Shown here piece by piece: positions 55,954 through 64,000 of a stretch of 64,000 bases of DNA; position 1 is the stretch's first letter; every line of letters starts with the position of its first letter. This stretch comes from a virus: positions 1-64,000 of IMG/VR virus record IMGVR_UViG_3300044732_000737. One strand, given 5' to 3'. The notes beneath the pieces were generated by a model that was given only the letters and a program-made list of their open reading frames with translations, was not told the origin of the DNA and did not search any database. A program made the translations under genes and the position numbers.

Positions 55954-57279
55954 TTAAAACATAAAGCCTTTAGTAACTGTCTTAGTACCTGAACGAACAG
56001 GAAATAAGTATTCAACAGCATAACGAAGAGCATCTGTCCAGTGTTCTACGTTCTCTGCCTTAGATATCTGTGCTGTATTTGGATTGTTTTCAACCCATAC
56101 AGTTCTTTCAAGAGACCTAATAGTGTGTTCTGCTCTAGGGTGTACATACATATCGATATCACCATGAGCATTCTTAAACTTACGGTTAACAGCAGCTACT
56201 GAGTCAACAATAGGAGGAGCAGCCTTGTGTGCTCTACAGATAATACCATGACTCTCTAAGATGGAGAAGTCAGTAGCGCCAGCAACAGCACTAGTCTTCC
56301 TAGCTCGTCCTGCAGGGTCTGGATAAGCGAATACTTTATGACCTTTATCCTTGAATTGTCCTTTAAGCTTCTTAGCTAATTGTTCAGTATCGAGAACATT
56401 CTGCATGTCCTCTAAGATATGAATCTGTCCAGCTCTAACAGCAAAGACTACAGCAGCCATAATGCCAATGTTAAAGTCAATAGCCACATGGACATCTTCT
56501 TTGTTTGTTGTCTCTACATTGAAGTATGGTAGATCAGCAGTCACATGAGTCTTACGATCAAACATGTAGAATACCTTAGCGCCAGAGTCCTCAAAGGAAC
56601 ACTCATACTCTCGAGCAAACTTCATAGGGTCAATCAGACGCTTAGTCCTCTCGATCTCTTCCACAGAGAGATATGGGGAGTCCCTATAGGTATATCTAAA
56701 GGTCTTCCAACGGTTGTCCATAGACTCAAAGTTAGTCATGTCGTAGAAGTAATTCATACCCTTAGGTGTACCAATAATAAGAGCCTTATGGTTACCTGCC
56801 CAACGTGTAGTCATAGCAGGTTGAATAATAGATTCCCAAGACTCTTTAAGTCCTGGCTGACCAGTCCAGTCAGAGACCTCATCTCCAACAACAAAGTACT
56901 GACCCGATCCCCGCATCCTCTCAGAGGCTTCATAGGACCATAGCTTAAGCTTCACATTGTTCTGAAACCAGAATGTTCCAGCTGTCTGAGATGACTTCTC
57001 AGCATAATCCTCTAAGCCTAGGTTGTAGGCTAGTAGAGGCCAATAAATATCTAACGACTGTTGGTATGTTGGACAGATAATCGAGACGTTCTTATTAGGA
57101 ACATCTTCAGGCATCTCTAGCAACTCATGAACAGCCATTGTAGCAGCAACACTAGCAAGGTAACTCTTACCAAAGCCTCGTGAAGCTACTGTAGCAGCAT
57201 ATCTAGTGCCACCCTTTTCTGAGAACAAATACTTTAATACTTCAGACTGACCTCTGTGTAATTTAATTTCATTTGACAT
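55954..57279 (-). CDS. terL: Terminase large subunit
   Basis: Walker A SRGFGKS, Walker B VVGDE, GTPKG, FAREYECSF, nuclease DFN...DPAG...HWTDALRY. Confidence 0.96.
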   Translation of the reverse strand: MSNEIKLHRGQSEVLKYLFSEKGGTRYAATVASRGFGKSYLASVAATMAVHELLEMPEDVPNKNVSIICPTYQQSLDIYWPLLAYNLGLEDYAEKSSQTAGTFWFQNNVKLKLWSYEASERMRGSGQYFVVGDEVSDWTGQPGLKESWESIIQPAMTTRWAGNHKALIIGTPKGMNYFYDMTNFESMDNRWKTFRYTYRDSPYLSVEEIERTKRLIDPMKFAREYECSFEDSGAKVFYMFDRKTHVTADLPYFNVETTNKEDVHVAIDFNIGIMAAVVFAVRAGQIHILEDMQNVLDTEQLAKKLKGQFKDKGHKVFAYPDPAGRARKTSAVAGATDFSILESHGIICRAHKAAPPIVDSVAAVNRKFKNAHGDIDMYVHPRAEHTIRSLERTVWVENNPNTAQISKAENVEHWTDALRYAVEYLFPVRSGTKTVTKGFMF

Positions 57280-57486
57280 TTAAACGATCACATCAACCTT
57301 ATCTTTGGTTACGATGTCCTTCTTCTTATTACATTGTCTAAGCTCTTCAAGTTTTTTATTGAACTGAGCTAACTCGTATCGTGCTTGGATGCCTTCTTGG
57401 AAGATCTTGTTGGAGGCTTCTTTTAGTTGCATGATAGCATTTGTATAGTACTCAATGCTGTATTCTGCTGCTGATTGTACTCTCAT
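57280..57486 (-). CDS. Hypothetical protein
   Basis: AAGGAA RBS; coupled to terL. Confidence 0.6.
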   Translation of the reverse strand: MRVQSAAEYSIEYYTNAIMQLKEASNKIFQEGIQARYELAQFNKKLEELRQCNKKKDIVTKDKVDVIV

Positions 57487-57553
57487 ATGTATTCCTTTTT
57501 ATTGTATACGTAACTGTAATAATTTTATCTATTTTATTTCAGTGTATACTTAA

Positions 57554-57952
57554 TTATTCATTTGTGAAGACAATCTTAAGCGGCTTTTTATCTTCAATTA
57601 CTTGTTCACTCTTCTCAGGCACCTGTCTGTAACCATATCGCATGAGCGTATTCATCACACTTGTCTGGATGTTCAAGAGGTTCGCTAAGGCCACTGCAGA
57701 GTACCTTGTTTGGCCACTCTCCATAGCATTAATCTTATCCTGCACCTTGTAGTAGTGATCTACAAGTTTCTCAATAGGGTCAAATCCTAGTGTTTGAAGC
57801 TTCTTAACTGATTCTTTTGAATAGATTGTGGTAGTTCCCTTTGGGCGACCCTGTCCAGGTCTAAGTCCACCACGGGTTCTCTCTGACACATTTGGGTCTT
57901 GAACTACCCCAGTTGAGGTATCTTTGACCTCTTTGTTTGTTGAGGTAGTCAT
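57554..57952 (-). CDS. Putative terminase small subunit
   Basis: RGGLRPGQGRPKG motif and FDPIEKL; upstream of terL. Confidence 0.7.
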   Translation of the reverse strand: MTTSTNKEVKDTSTGVVQDPNVSERTRGGLRPGQGRPKGTTTIYSKESVKKLQTLGFDPIEKLVDHYYKVQDKINAMESGQTRYSAVALANLLNIQTSVMNTLMRYGYRQVPEKSEQVIEDKKPLKIVFTNE

Positions 57953-57958
57953 AATGTA

Positions 57959-58099
57959 TTATTTCTTATTCTTTGGTTTATATTTCTTGGCTAAATCTAG
58001 AGCAATAGCTACTGCTTGAGCATGAGGTTTACCCTCTTTTTCAAGAGTCCTAATGTTAGCACTCACGGTTTTATCACCGTAGCCCTTCTTAAGCGGCAT
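57959..58099 (-). CDS. Small basic phage protein (46 aa)
   Basis: Manual translation MPLKKGYGDKTVSANIRTLEKEGKPHAQAVAIALDLAKK... Confidence 0.7.
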   Translation of the reverse strand: MPLKKGYGDKTVSANIRTLEKEGKPHAQAVAIALDLAKKYKPKNKK

Positions 58100-58412
58100 T
58101 TTTAGCTCCACGTCTGGTTGTGGTTTTAGCAGGGGTCTTTACAACAGGAACAATATTGTTACTGTGTAATTGAATCTTTAGATCAGAGATCATAGTAAGC
58201 AGCTCTTCTTTGTCTCTGAGCAACTTATCAACCTTGCCCTCAAGCTTCTTAACTTCAGACATGAGCAGTTCAGTCAATTGATCGTGAGCTTCTTGTCGTT
58301 GCTTATCTTTGCTATGCAAGTAGGTCCAGAAGGCACCTGTACTTAACACAACAATAGCCATTTGAATAATCGATTCCATTTTAATTCCTTTTAGTATAAA
58401 ATCCATAGACAC
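58089..58412 (-). CDS. Membrane-anchored coiled-coil protein (likely start MESII at 58379)
   Basis: N-terminal TM plus coiled coil; AAGGAA RBS before the internal Met. Confidence 0.65.
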   Translation of the reverse strand: MSMDFILKGIKMESIIQMAIVVLSTGAFWTYLHSKDKQRQEAHDQLTELLMSEVKKLEGKVDKLLRDKEELLTMISDLKIQLHSNNIVPVVKTPAKTTTRRGAKNAA

Positions 58413-58635
58413 TGGGAGACACCTTCTACCTTGAACAGGTAGTGTCTCTACACAAGTGTTACAGAATGATATTTAAATAATATTTTAAAGTACTCTTTAA
58501 AGTACTCCTTTAAAAATATTTTATAATATTATTTTTAATAAACAACAACAATAATTAATGTACCTTAATGCTACCGCTATTAAGTTACTCTTTTAATATT
58601 AACCCCCTAAATCCCCCTTTTGGATAGGATTCTCT

Positions 58636-58652
58636 CTTTAGCGTCACCTGGT
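58636..58652 (-). promoter_or_regulatory. Putative phage RNAP promoter (variant ACCAGGTGACGCTAAAG) heading the packaging/lysis/head operon
   Basis: Intergenic motif copy followed by AGAGA. Confidence 0.85.
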
Positions 58653-58662
58653 ACTTTTTGAC

Positions 58663-58739
58663 AAAAAAAAAAAGAATTACCCCTCCAGAGTACCCTCTAA
58701 CCACCCCCGAAGGAGCAGTCAAAGAGTACCCTGGAGGGG
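58663..58739 (-). terminator. 28-bp G-U-rich hairpin with cUUCGg loop followed by U11
   Basis: CCCCTCCAGGGTACTCTTTGACTGCTCC-TTCG-GGGGTGGTTAGAGGGTACTCTGGAGGGG-TAATTC-T11. Confidence 0.85.
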
Positions 58740-58763
58740 AGGTTTAAGTTAAGCACTTAAGGG

Positions 58764-59246
58764 CTATGCATAGAATAAATGGTTTCCAATTGTAACTGTG
58801 TGAGTTAACTTCTTAGACCATTTGGGTAAGACGTAGTTAGCATGATAGAATAATGACCCCTTTGTAGGATCTTTGAGTCTGCCCTGTAAGTAGTTAGTAG
58901 CAATAGCATGAGCTACTTGGTACTGTGATTTGTTCTTTGGATAGTGGTTCTTTAATAGCTTTACCCAAGAGAATTGGTAGGGTTGATACACAACCTTACA
59001 CACAGAGGAGGGATAGCCCTGAGCCAGTAGTCTGTTTATTGTGACTGCTGCTACTGCTATCTGACCTTTAATAGATTCTCCTCGAGCCTCATGGTAAATG
59101 TTATGAGCTAGACAATCTATATCTTTCTTTCCAAAGGCTAAAATAGGCTTAGGAATAGTGTGAAATACAGCTGATTCAGTTACAGTGCTTGTTTGCATAG
59201 GAAAAAGAATCAGCAACAAAATTGCTAAATTTCTCATAGTTTGCAC
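58764..59246 (-). CDS. Cell wall hydrolase, SleB/Hydrolase_2 family, with signal peptide
   Basis: CLAHNIYHEARGE, GQIAVA, VCKVVYQPYQFSW, DPTKGSLFYH, IGNHLFY. Confidence 0.92.
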   Translation of the reverse strand: MQTMRNLAILLLILFPMQTSTVTESAVFHTIPKPILAFGKKDIDCLAHNIYHEARGESIKGQIAVAAVTINRLLAQGYPSSVCKVVYQPYQFSWVKLLKNHYPKNKSQYQVAHAIATNYLQGRLKDPTKGSLFYHANYVLPKWSKKLTHTVTIGNHLFYA

Positions 59247-59255
59247 CTTCTTTCT

Positions 59256-59272
59256 CTTTAGCGTCCCCTGGT
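59256..59272 (-). promoter_or_regulatory. Putative phage RNAP promoter ACCAGGGGACGCTAAAG(AGA) upstream of the hydrolase
   Basis: Intergenic motif copy. Confidence 0.85.
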
Positions 59273-59277
59273 GGTTT

Positions 59278-59499
59278 TTAGCTTACAAATACTGCTGTTT
59301 TAACTTCTGCTTCAGGATGACTACTAGGCTCAGTCACAAGGTCGTGGGGCCCATAATACCATTCATCGAATACATTTAATGCAATATTACAAGTACCTAC
59401 TCCAGTAATCTCCACTACACCGCCCTCATAGCCAGCTCTCACAATCATAAGATCAGGGTCTAGCTTGCTTAGTTCTGCGATAAGTTGTTTAACTTTCAT
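59278..59499 (-). CDS. Hypothetical protein
   Basis: MKVKQLIAELSKLDPD...GYEGG...WYYGPH, a common small phage ORF type. Confidence 0.7.
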   Translation of the reverse strand: MKVKQLIAELSKLDPDLMIVRAGYEGGVVEITGVGTCNIALNVFDEWYYGPHDLVTEPSSHPEAEVKTAVFVS

Positions 59500-59693
59500 G
59501 GTTGTTTCCTTAATCTGATTAAGTCTTCATACTTGGCTATACCATCCCAGAAGCCATCCTCATAGTCTCTAGAGTGTTTACCAACCAACTCTACCTCTTT
59601 ACGGAGACCTGCACACTTTTCACGTTCATTCAAAATAGCTAGTTTGATAAAGTCCAGTACTTCAATTGTTTCTTGTTCATCTATTGCCCTCAT
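59496..59693 (-). CDS. Hypothetical protein
   Basis: ATGA-coupled ORF. Confidence 0.6.
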   Translation of the reverse strand: MRAIDEQETIEVLDFIKLAILNEREKCAGLRKEVELVGKHSRDYEDGFWDGIAKYEDLIRLRKQP

Positions 59694-59932
59694 GAGTTTT
59701 TCTGCCTAATATAAGCCTCAAGATCCCTAGCAATGAACCAAGTGTCTCCATCATAGTACCTACCAAAGTTATTCACAACTTCCTTTTCAGTTAAACTCTT
59801 CCACTCTGCTCTAGATTCAAAGTGATAGGGTTGACCTGTAGCCTCTATCTCTTGACCTAACCTCTGAACTTCACGCATAACATTCTCTCTTTTAACACGA
59901 TCAAACTCATCATCTTCATCTGTGTGTATCAT
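59690..59932 (-). CDS. Hypothetical protein
   Basis: ATGA-coupled ORF with AAGGA RBS. Confidence 0.6.
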   Translation of the reverse strand: MIHTDEDDEFDRVKRENVMREVQRLGQEIEATGQPYHFESRAEWKSLTEKEVVNNFGRYYDGDTWFIARDLEAYIRQKNS

Positions 59933-59961
59933 TTTATATCTATCCTTTTAAATTCATAAGT

Positions 59962-60312
59962 TTAGCGTCCATCAATAGCCTCCAAGCATTTAGTGTGTTG
60001 ATGTTGGTAGAACTCATTTATACTATTTGCTGATATAGTGTAACCTTTAGGATACCAGACAATATTGTATGCACGAGCCTTTTCAACAGCATCCCTACAA
60101 GCTTTACGCTCTTTGTCTACTGCAGTCTTAACTAGGAGCTTAATGTTTTTATCTATGGCATCGAGTACTGCCTTAGCGGTTTCGTCTACAGTCAAGTCGG
60201 GATTAACTGTCACGCCTGTAGCACTGATCCTTAAAGCCTCAACTGAGGGAGAACCATTAAAGAACACAATACTGTTTGTAACTTGTTTATGTAACTCATA
60301 TACCTCAGTCAT
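59962..60312 (-). CDS. Hypothetical protein
   Basis: Packed minus-strand ORF. Confidence 0.6.
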   Translation of the reverse strand: MTEVYELHKQVTNSIVFFNGSPSVEALRISATGVTVNPDLTVDETAKAVLDAIDKNIKLLVKTAVDKERKACRDAVEKARAYNIVWYPKGYTISANSINEFYQHQHTKCLEAIDGR

Positions 60313-60535
60313 AGTCTAAACCTAGTTGCCTAGCATTCTCAGCCTTCTCTTCTAAGGCATCCTGAGCTTTATCAAACTCTTTATCACGTTCTTTTTGACC
60401 CTTATCACGACCAAAGATCAAATCCCATCTAGCTTCATACTGCTCTTGAGCCACGCTAAATGGCCTTGGCGTAGATCCTTTACTCATATTAGTCCCATAG
60501 TCCTTGATAGTATTTTCCAAATAGCCTAAATCCAT
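60305..60535 (-). CDS. Hypothetical protein (likely start MSKGS at 60487)
   Basis: MSKGSTPRP...YEARWDLIFG. Confidence 0.6.
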   Translation of the reverse strand: MDLGYLENTIKDYGTNMSKGSTPRPFSVAQEQYEARWDLIFGRDKGQKERDKEFDKAQDALEEKAENARQLGLDYD

Positions 60536-60992
60536 TTTGAATTCGAGCCTCGTGTTTTTCTAAACCTTTCATATCAATCTTGAAATTATCATCTATGCCC
60601 GTTACTGCTTCCACATGAAAAGGATAGTCTCTAGATTTAATGAACTGAAAATCAGTTGAACCTGAGTAAAATTGAGCATCATGATTATCATCTAGCTTTT
60701 GAGCAAAAGACCAGATCATTTGATCAAGCACCCAATCCCATCTCTTAAAGTAGTTTGCATCACTCTCCCAAGGATGTTCTGTAGGAGGTGCGCTAGTACT
60801 CTTAAGTTCATCAGGCACATCTTCGTCATCTACCTTAGGGGCTCCGCTTAGCTTCTGTCTAAACTTAACCAATGCAGGGTGAATAATATGCGCTAGTGTA
60901 TGGTCTAAACTCCAAATGTCATAGTTATCAATTGTGACATCGATCTCTCGATCTTGGTCGTCGTAACGGTATTCACCAATTAAAACTTTCAT
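60489..60992 (-). CDS. Conserved phage hypothetical protein
   Basis: WSLDHTLAHII...WDWVLDQMIWSF...GFRLFGKYYQGLWD. Confidence 0.75.
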   Translation of the reverse strand: MKVLIGEYRYDDQDREIDVTIDNYDIWSLDHTLAHIIHPALVKFRQKLSGAPKVDDEDVPDELKSTSAPPTEHPWESDANYFKRWDWVLDQMIWSFAQKLDDNHDAQFYSGSTDFQFIKSRDYPFHVEAVTGIDDNFKIDMKGLEKHEARIQNGFRLFGKYYQGLWD

Positions 60993-61303
60993 GCGTTCCT
61001 TTTTATATGCTTGATTTCAGGTATCTGCCAATGATCGTCAATTACACTAATCATTTTTAAACCCCTTTTATTATCCCACAATACAAATGGCCCTTTTACA
61101 CCAATATTTAAACTCATAATATCAAATACATTTTGATTATAAATACCAGTGTATATTTGATTACTAACCACTGCTCTCATCATACGCCTACCATGTATTG
61201 AAGTATATTCACTTACAAAAGAAATTACAGCTTTATCATAAAGTTCAAATGTTTTAAAACTACCTGAAACATAATCTTTAAATCGTTTTTTCAATTGCAT
61301 CAT
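60989..61303 (-). CDS. Hypothetical protein
   Basis: Coupled ORF. Confidence 0.55.
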   Translation of the reverse strand: MMQLKKRFKDYVSGSFKTFELYDKAVISFVSEYTSIHGRRMMRAVVSNQIYTGIYNQNVFDIMSLNIGVKGPFVLWDNKRGLKMISVIDDHWQIPEIKHIKRNA

Positions 61304-61313
61304 AACTAGTCTG

Positions 61314-61622
61314 TTAAATAAGTTTTACATTAATCAATTCTTGTGTGTTGCCATCAAACTCAAACTCAACATTATCATTCTCCCAATGTTCTGAAGTGCG
61401 AAGAGCAATGTCTTTGCCAACCATCCTCGCTTTTAGTTTAAATTTAAAATTAGGTTTAATTACTGGCTTTAATCGATATTCCGTATTATGGTTAAAAGGA
61501 GGCAAAGCACCTCCAAAAGCAGTTAATGTAGGAATATCAATCCACTCATTAAAACTTTTATATTGAATTACCTTATCTTCAAGATAAGCGATAATTAAGT
61601 CATGATGCGGATGAATTTTCAT
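61314..61622 (-). CDS. Hypothetical protein
   Basis: HPHHDLIIAY...IQY...EYRLKP. Confidence 0.65.
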   Translation of the reverse strand: MKIHPHHDLIIAYLEDKVIQYKSFNEWIDIPTLTAFGGALPPFNHNTEYRLKPVIKPNFKFKLKARMVGKDIALRTSEHWENDNVEFEFDGNTQELINVKLI

Positions 61623-61845
61623 AAAACTCCTGGGTGATAAAATTGTTTCTCATAAGCTGGTTTCTTACATGATCAGGCAAGAAATAAACACCGTCATAGT
61701 CTTTTAATTTCATATCTTCATCAAACCAAAGACCACCTCCGTTTTCATCTCCATAGATCTTGTCCTCAAACCAACCATACTTACCATTTGTATCAATCTG
61801 AATAGTAAATCTATTAGTTGATAAGTCTAAATTGTAACGACTCAA
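61600..61845 (-). CDS. Hypothetical protein
   Basis: YGWFE...GGGLWF...DYDGVYFLP. Confidence 0.65.
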   Translation of the reverse strand: MSRYNLDLSTNRFTIQIDTNGKYGWFEDKIYGDENGGGLWFDEDMKLKDYDGVYFLPDHVRNQLMRNNFITQEFYENSSAS

Positions 61846-62449
61846 CTTCTGCCTCTTCTAATGAAATAACATTGTATATTGTATTAAGTGTCTCATAAGT
61901 ATTATCAGATAACTGTTCAACAATAGCGCTTGATAAGATCCATTGGTTTACTAGATCAGGCCTACCTTCATGGCTAGCACAAATGCCTCTTAAGTGATAA
62001 TTAGAGCTATCATGAGAAGCCTTGTAGAACTCACCTCCAATCCCATTAACCAATATAGCTAATGGTTTCCCTTTACGGAATATTAATTCGTCTTGAAACA
62101 CTTTTGTCAAGTGTGCACGAGCATAGCCCTCATCAATAATCTTTTGAATATGATCTGTAGACAAGAACTTAAGCTTTTTCCATGTAAGGGGCCCTTTACC
62201 TTCTTTACCATATGTACCCCAACGGAACCATTCACGAATCTTAGAGTGAGGATCATCGGTATAAACTGAAAGATCTTCACCATTATCGTCCTCATACCAA
62301 GTACGCCTAATGTACTGTACACCTCCGTCAATCATATACAATCGACCATTGGCATCCACATGCTCCACATAGTCGTGAACATGACATGACTGAAGTACAG
62401 TACCGTCAGGTGTCCTTAAAACATTAGCTAATAATTTACGTTCATTCAT
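61814..62449 (-). CDS. Hypothetical protein (apparent two-domain)
   Basis: TPDGTVLQS...HDY...DGG...WGTYGKEG N-part plus a C-part ending YETLNTIY. Confidence 0.7.
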   Translation of the reverse strand: MNERKLLANVLRTPDGTVLQSCHVHDYVEHVDANGRLYMIDGGVQYIRRTWYEDDNGEDLSVYTDDPHSKIREWFRWGTYGKEGKGPLTWKKLKFLSTDHIQKIIDEGYARAHLTKVFQDELIFRKGKPLAILVNGIGGEFYKASHDSSNYHLRGICASHEGRPDLVNQWILSSAIVEQLSDNTYETLNTIYNVISLEEAEVESLQFRLIN

Positions 62450-62631
62450 TTAACATCTCCACTTTTTACTAACCATTCAAATGTATTCCAAAGTTGTCTA
62501 AACTTTAAATCATAATACTTTGCTAAAGTCTCAATATCATTCTCGTTATCTATTTTTCTTAGATCTTCAATTACATGCATACAAGCAAGGATGTCTTGTT
62601 CAAGATCGAATCTTGTGGTTTCTTTTTCCAT
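62446..62631 (-). CDS. Hypothetical protein
   Basis: RFDLEQDIL...YDLKFRQLWNTFE. Confidence 0.65.
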   Translation of the reverse strand: MEKETTRFDLEQDILACMHVIEDLRKIDNENDIETLAKYYDLKFRQLWNTFEWLVKSGDVK

Positions 62632-62871
62632 ATAATGTATATTCCGTTTGCATTAGATTTAGCCCATTCAAAGGCCGCTTTACGAGTCTTAAAAATTTTA
62701 TCTGGATTTCCTTTTGTTCTACAAATCCATTTCATGATGCTAACATCCATAGGCCAATATTAGCAAATGCATAACCCGTGTATGCAATCGTCATACCCAT
62801 GTTACCTAGGTAAAACTGTTCAGCAGCTACATAGGTGTAGATAGCGCCTGTAAGTGCAATTAACCAACCAC

Positions 62872-63096
62872 TCATTTTATTTCCTCATAGTGTGTCCCAT
62901 TATAGGATTCAATAAATTTCCATTTACGCTCACATGAACTACAACTTAAATTTCCAGTTGTAATATTCAAATCAGCCTGTAAGTTATTACCATTACGATC
63001 ATATGCAGGTAAAGTGTATGCAGCAGTTCTAACAGTGTTAGTAATGTAGAATCTACAGTCACTTCTCAAACAACTTAATAATTCAAAATTTGTCAT
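62872..63096 (-). CDS. Small Cys-containing (possibly Zn-binding) protein
   Basis: C-x3-C ... CSSC. Confidence 0.55.
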   Translation of the reverse strand: MTNFELLSCLRSDCRFYITNTVRTAAYTLPAYDRNGNNLQADLNITTGNLSCSSCERKWKFIESYNGTHYEEIK

Positions 63097-63395
63097 GTGT
63101 GTTCTATTATTTCAATTCCAGCTTCTTTTATAGCTGATAAGCAGATTGGGCAAGGTTTAGCATTTAATGGGTCACCCTGTCTACCATATCTAGCTACAAA
63201 GATTCTGTGTGCTTTACTAAGATCTTTGCATTTAAGAATAGCATGTACTTCAGCATGAAGATAAATCTTATATGGTTCACCAACCTCTTCGGCATGACGT
63301 GCCATTAGAGGGTGGCTCTTCACATAATTGTTATATCCAACTGAGAGTACACGGCCCTTCTTATCATACACGATGGCAGTCAGGGCGTGTCTCAT
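63093..63395 (-). CDS. Cytidine/dCMP deaminase-fold zinc protein
   Basis: SVGYN, LHAEVHAI, AKPCPIC, AGI. Confidence 0.85.
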   Translation of the reverse strand: MRHALTAIVYDKKGRVLSVGYNNYVKSHPLMARHAEEVGEPYKIYLHAEVHAILKCKDLSKAHRIFVARYGRQGDPLNAKPCPICLSAIKEAGIEIIEHT

Positions 63396-63396
63396 A

Positions 63397-63678
63397 CTAT
63401 TTAATATTAGCCTTAATTATAGTTTGCAAATCAACTAAGGTTTTAATTTTCTTCTTAAAGAATCTACGATTAGTCTTTGCATGGTTTAGCATTATAAATG
63501 CATGCTTGCTATCACTACTAGTATCAGCCTTATCTGCTTTTTCATAATAAAAAGATTCAGACCCTTTTATTGTAGCAGCAAATTCCTCAGCAAAGCTAAT
63601 CTGTTCTGCAATAATTTTCTCTAAACGCTGATAATGCTTCTTAGTCAAAGTACGCTGTGTCATTCTTTCTTTCCTCAA
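63397..63678 (-). CDS. Hypothetical protein
   Basis: Packed minus-strand ORF. Confidence 0.55.
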   Translation of the reverse strand: MRKERMTQRTLTKKHYQRLEKIIAEQISFAEEFAATIKGSESFYYEKADKADTSSDSKHAFIMLNHAKTNRRFFKKKIKTLVDLQTIIKANIK

Positions 63679-63922
63679 GTGTTGCTAAGTAATACCCTTT
63701 AATATCATCAATAATATTGTCAACAAGAATGTCTACAATATCAACTCCTTTAAGTGTAGCACTTAGTACACAAACAACTTCTGCATAGTCTGGGTCTATT
63801 TTTAATCCAGTACCCCATTCAGCAGCACCCTTTTCTTCAGGCATGTACTCTATTTCTACCTCTAAATACAGAGGTTTATAATTTGTCTTGTAATAGACAT
63901 TATAAGTAAATTTTTCAATCAT
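63641..63922 (-). CDS. Hypothetical protein
   Basis: GGAG RBS; acidic ORF. Confidence 0.6.
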   Translation of the reverse strand: MIEKFTYNVYYKTNYKPLYLEVEIEYMPEEKGAAEWGTGLKIDPDYAEVVCVLSATLKGVDIVDILVDNIIDDIKGYYLATLEERKNDTAYFD

Positions 63923-64000
63923 CGTGTTAATGCTCCAAGGATAATGTTAATTGCTTGCACAATATGCATTTGTTCCATAGGTTCTAATTGATGCCAAGGT

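Noticed and set aside
59961-59970. Partial promoter match GGACGCTAAA
   Set aside because: Lacks the ACCAG half and the purine start, and coincides with the final codons and stop of ORF 59962-60312.
1-64000. Prophage or host-chromosome context
   Set aside because: No integrase, repressor or bacterial housekeeping genes were seen in the window; all content is phage-like.

Overview
A 64 kb segment of an AT-rich, lytic-looking tailed dsDNA phage with siphovirus-type gene content. Essentially all real genes are on the minus strand. In transcription order (right to left): small hypothetical ORFs (64000-59278); a SleB-like hydrolase; small and large terminase; a degenerate tRNA; spanins, GH19 endolysin and holin-like genes; PhoH; portal; a 1478-aa head protein; scaffold; major capsid; head-tail and tail genes, including a -1 frameshift chaperone pair; tape measure; tail tip; two very large S74-type tail fibres with accessory proteins; then an early/replication block (T7-like RNA polymerase, SSB, family A DNA polymerase and a truncated CCA/poly(A)-polymerase-like nucleotidyltransferase). 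The standout observation is two single-subunit RNA polymerases. One is a free 722-aa enzyme. The other is fused behind a complete MuF (SPP1 gp7 / Mu gpF) minor head protein between portal and scaffold, which suggests a capsid-packaged, injected RNA polymerase. A 17-bp motif, ACCAGG(G/T)(G/T)ACGCTAAAG, occurs in five intergenic sites and is the likely phage RNAP promoter. Several cUUCGg hairpins are also present, including a 28-bp G-U-rich stem. All family assignments come from motif recognition by eye; no database searches were run.
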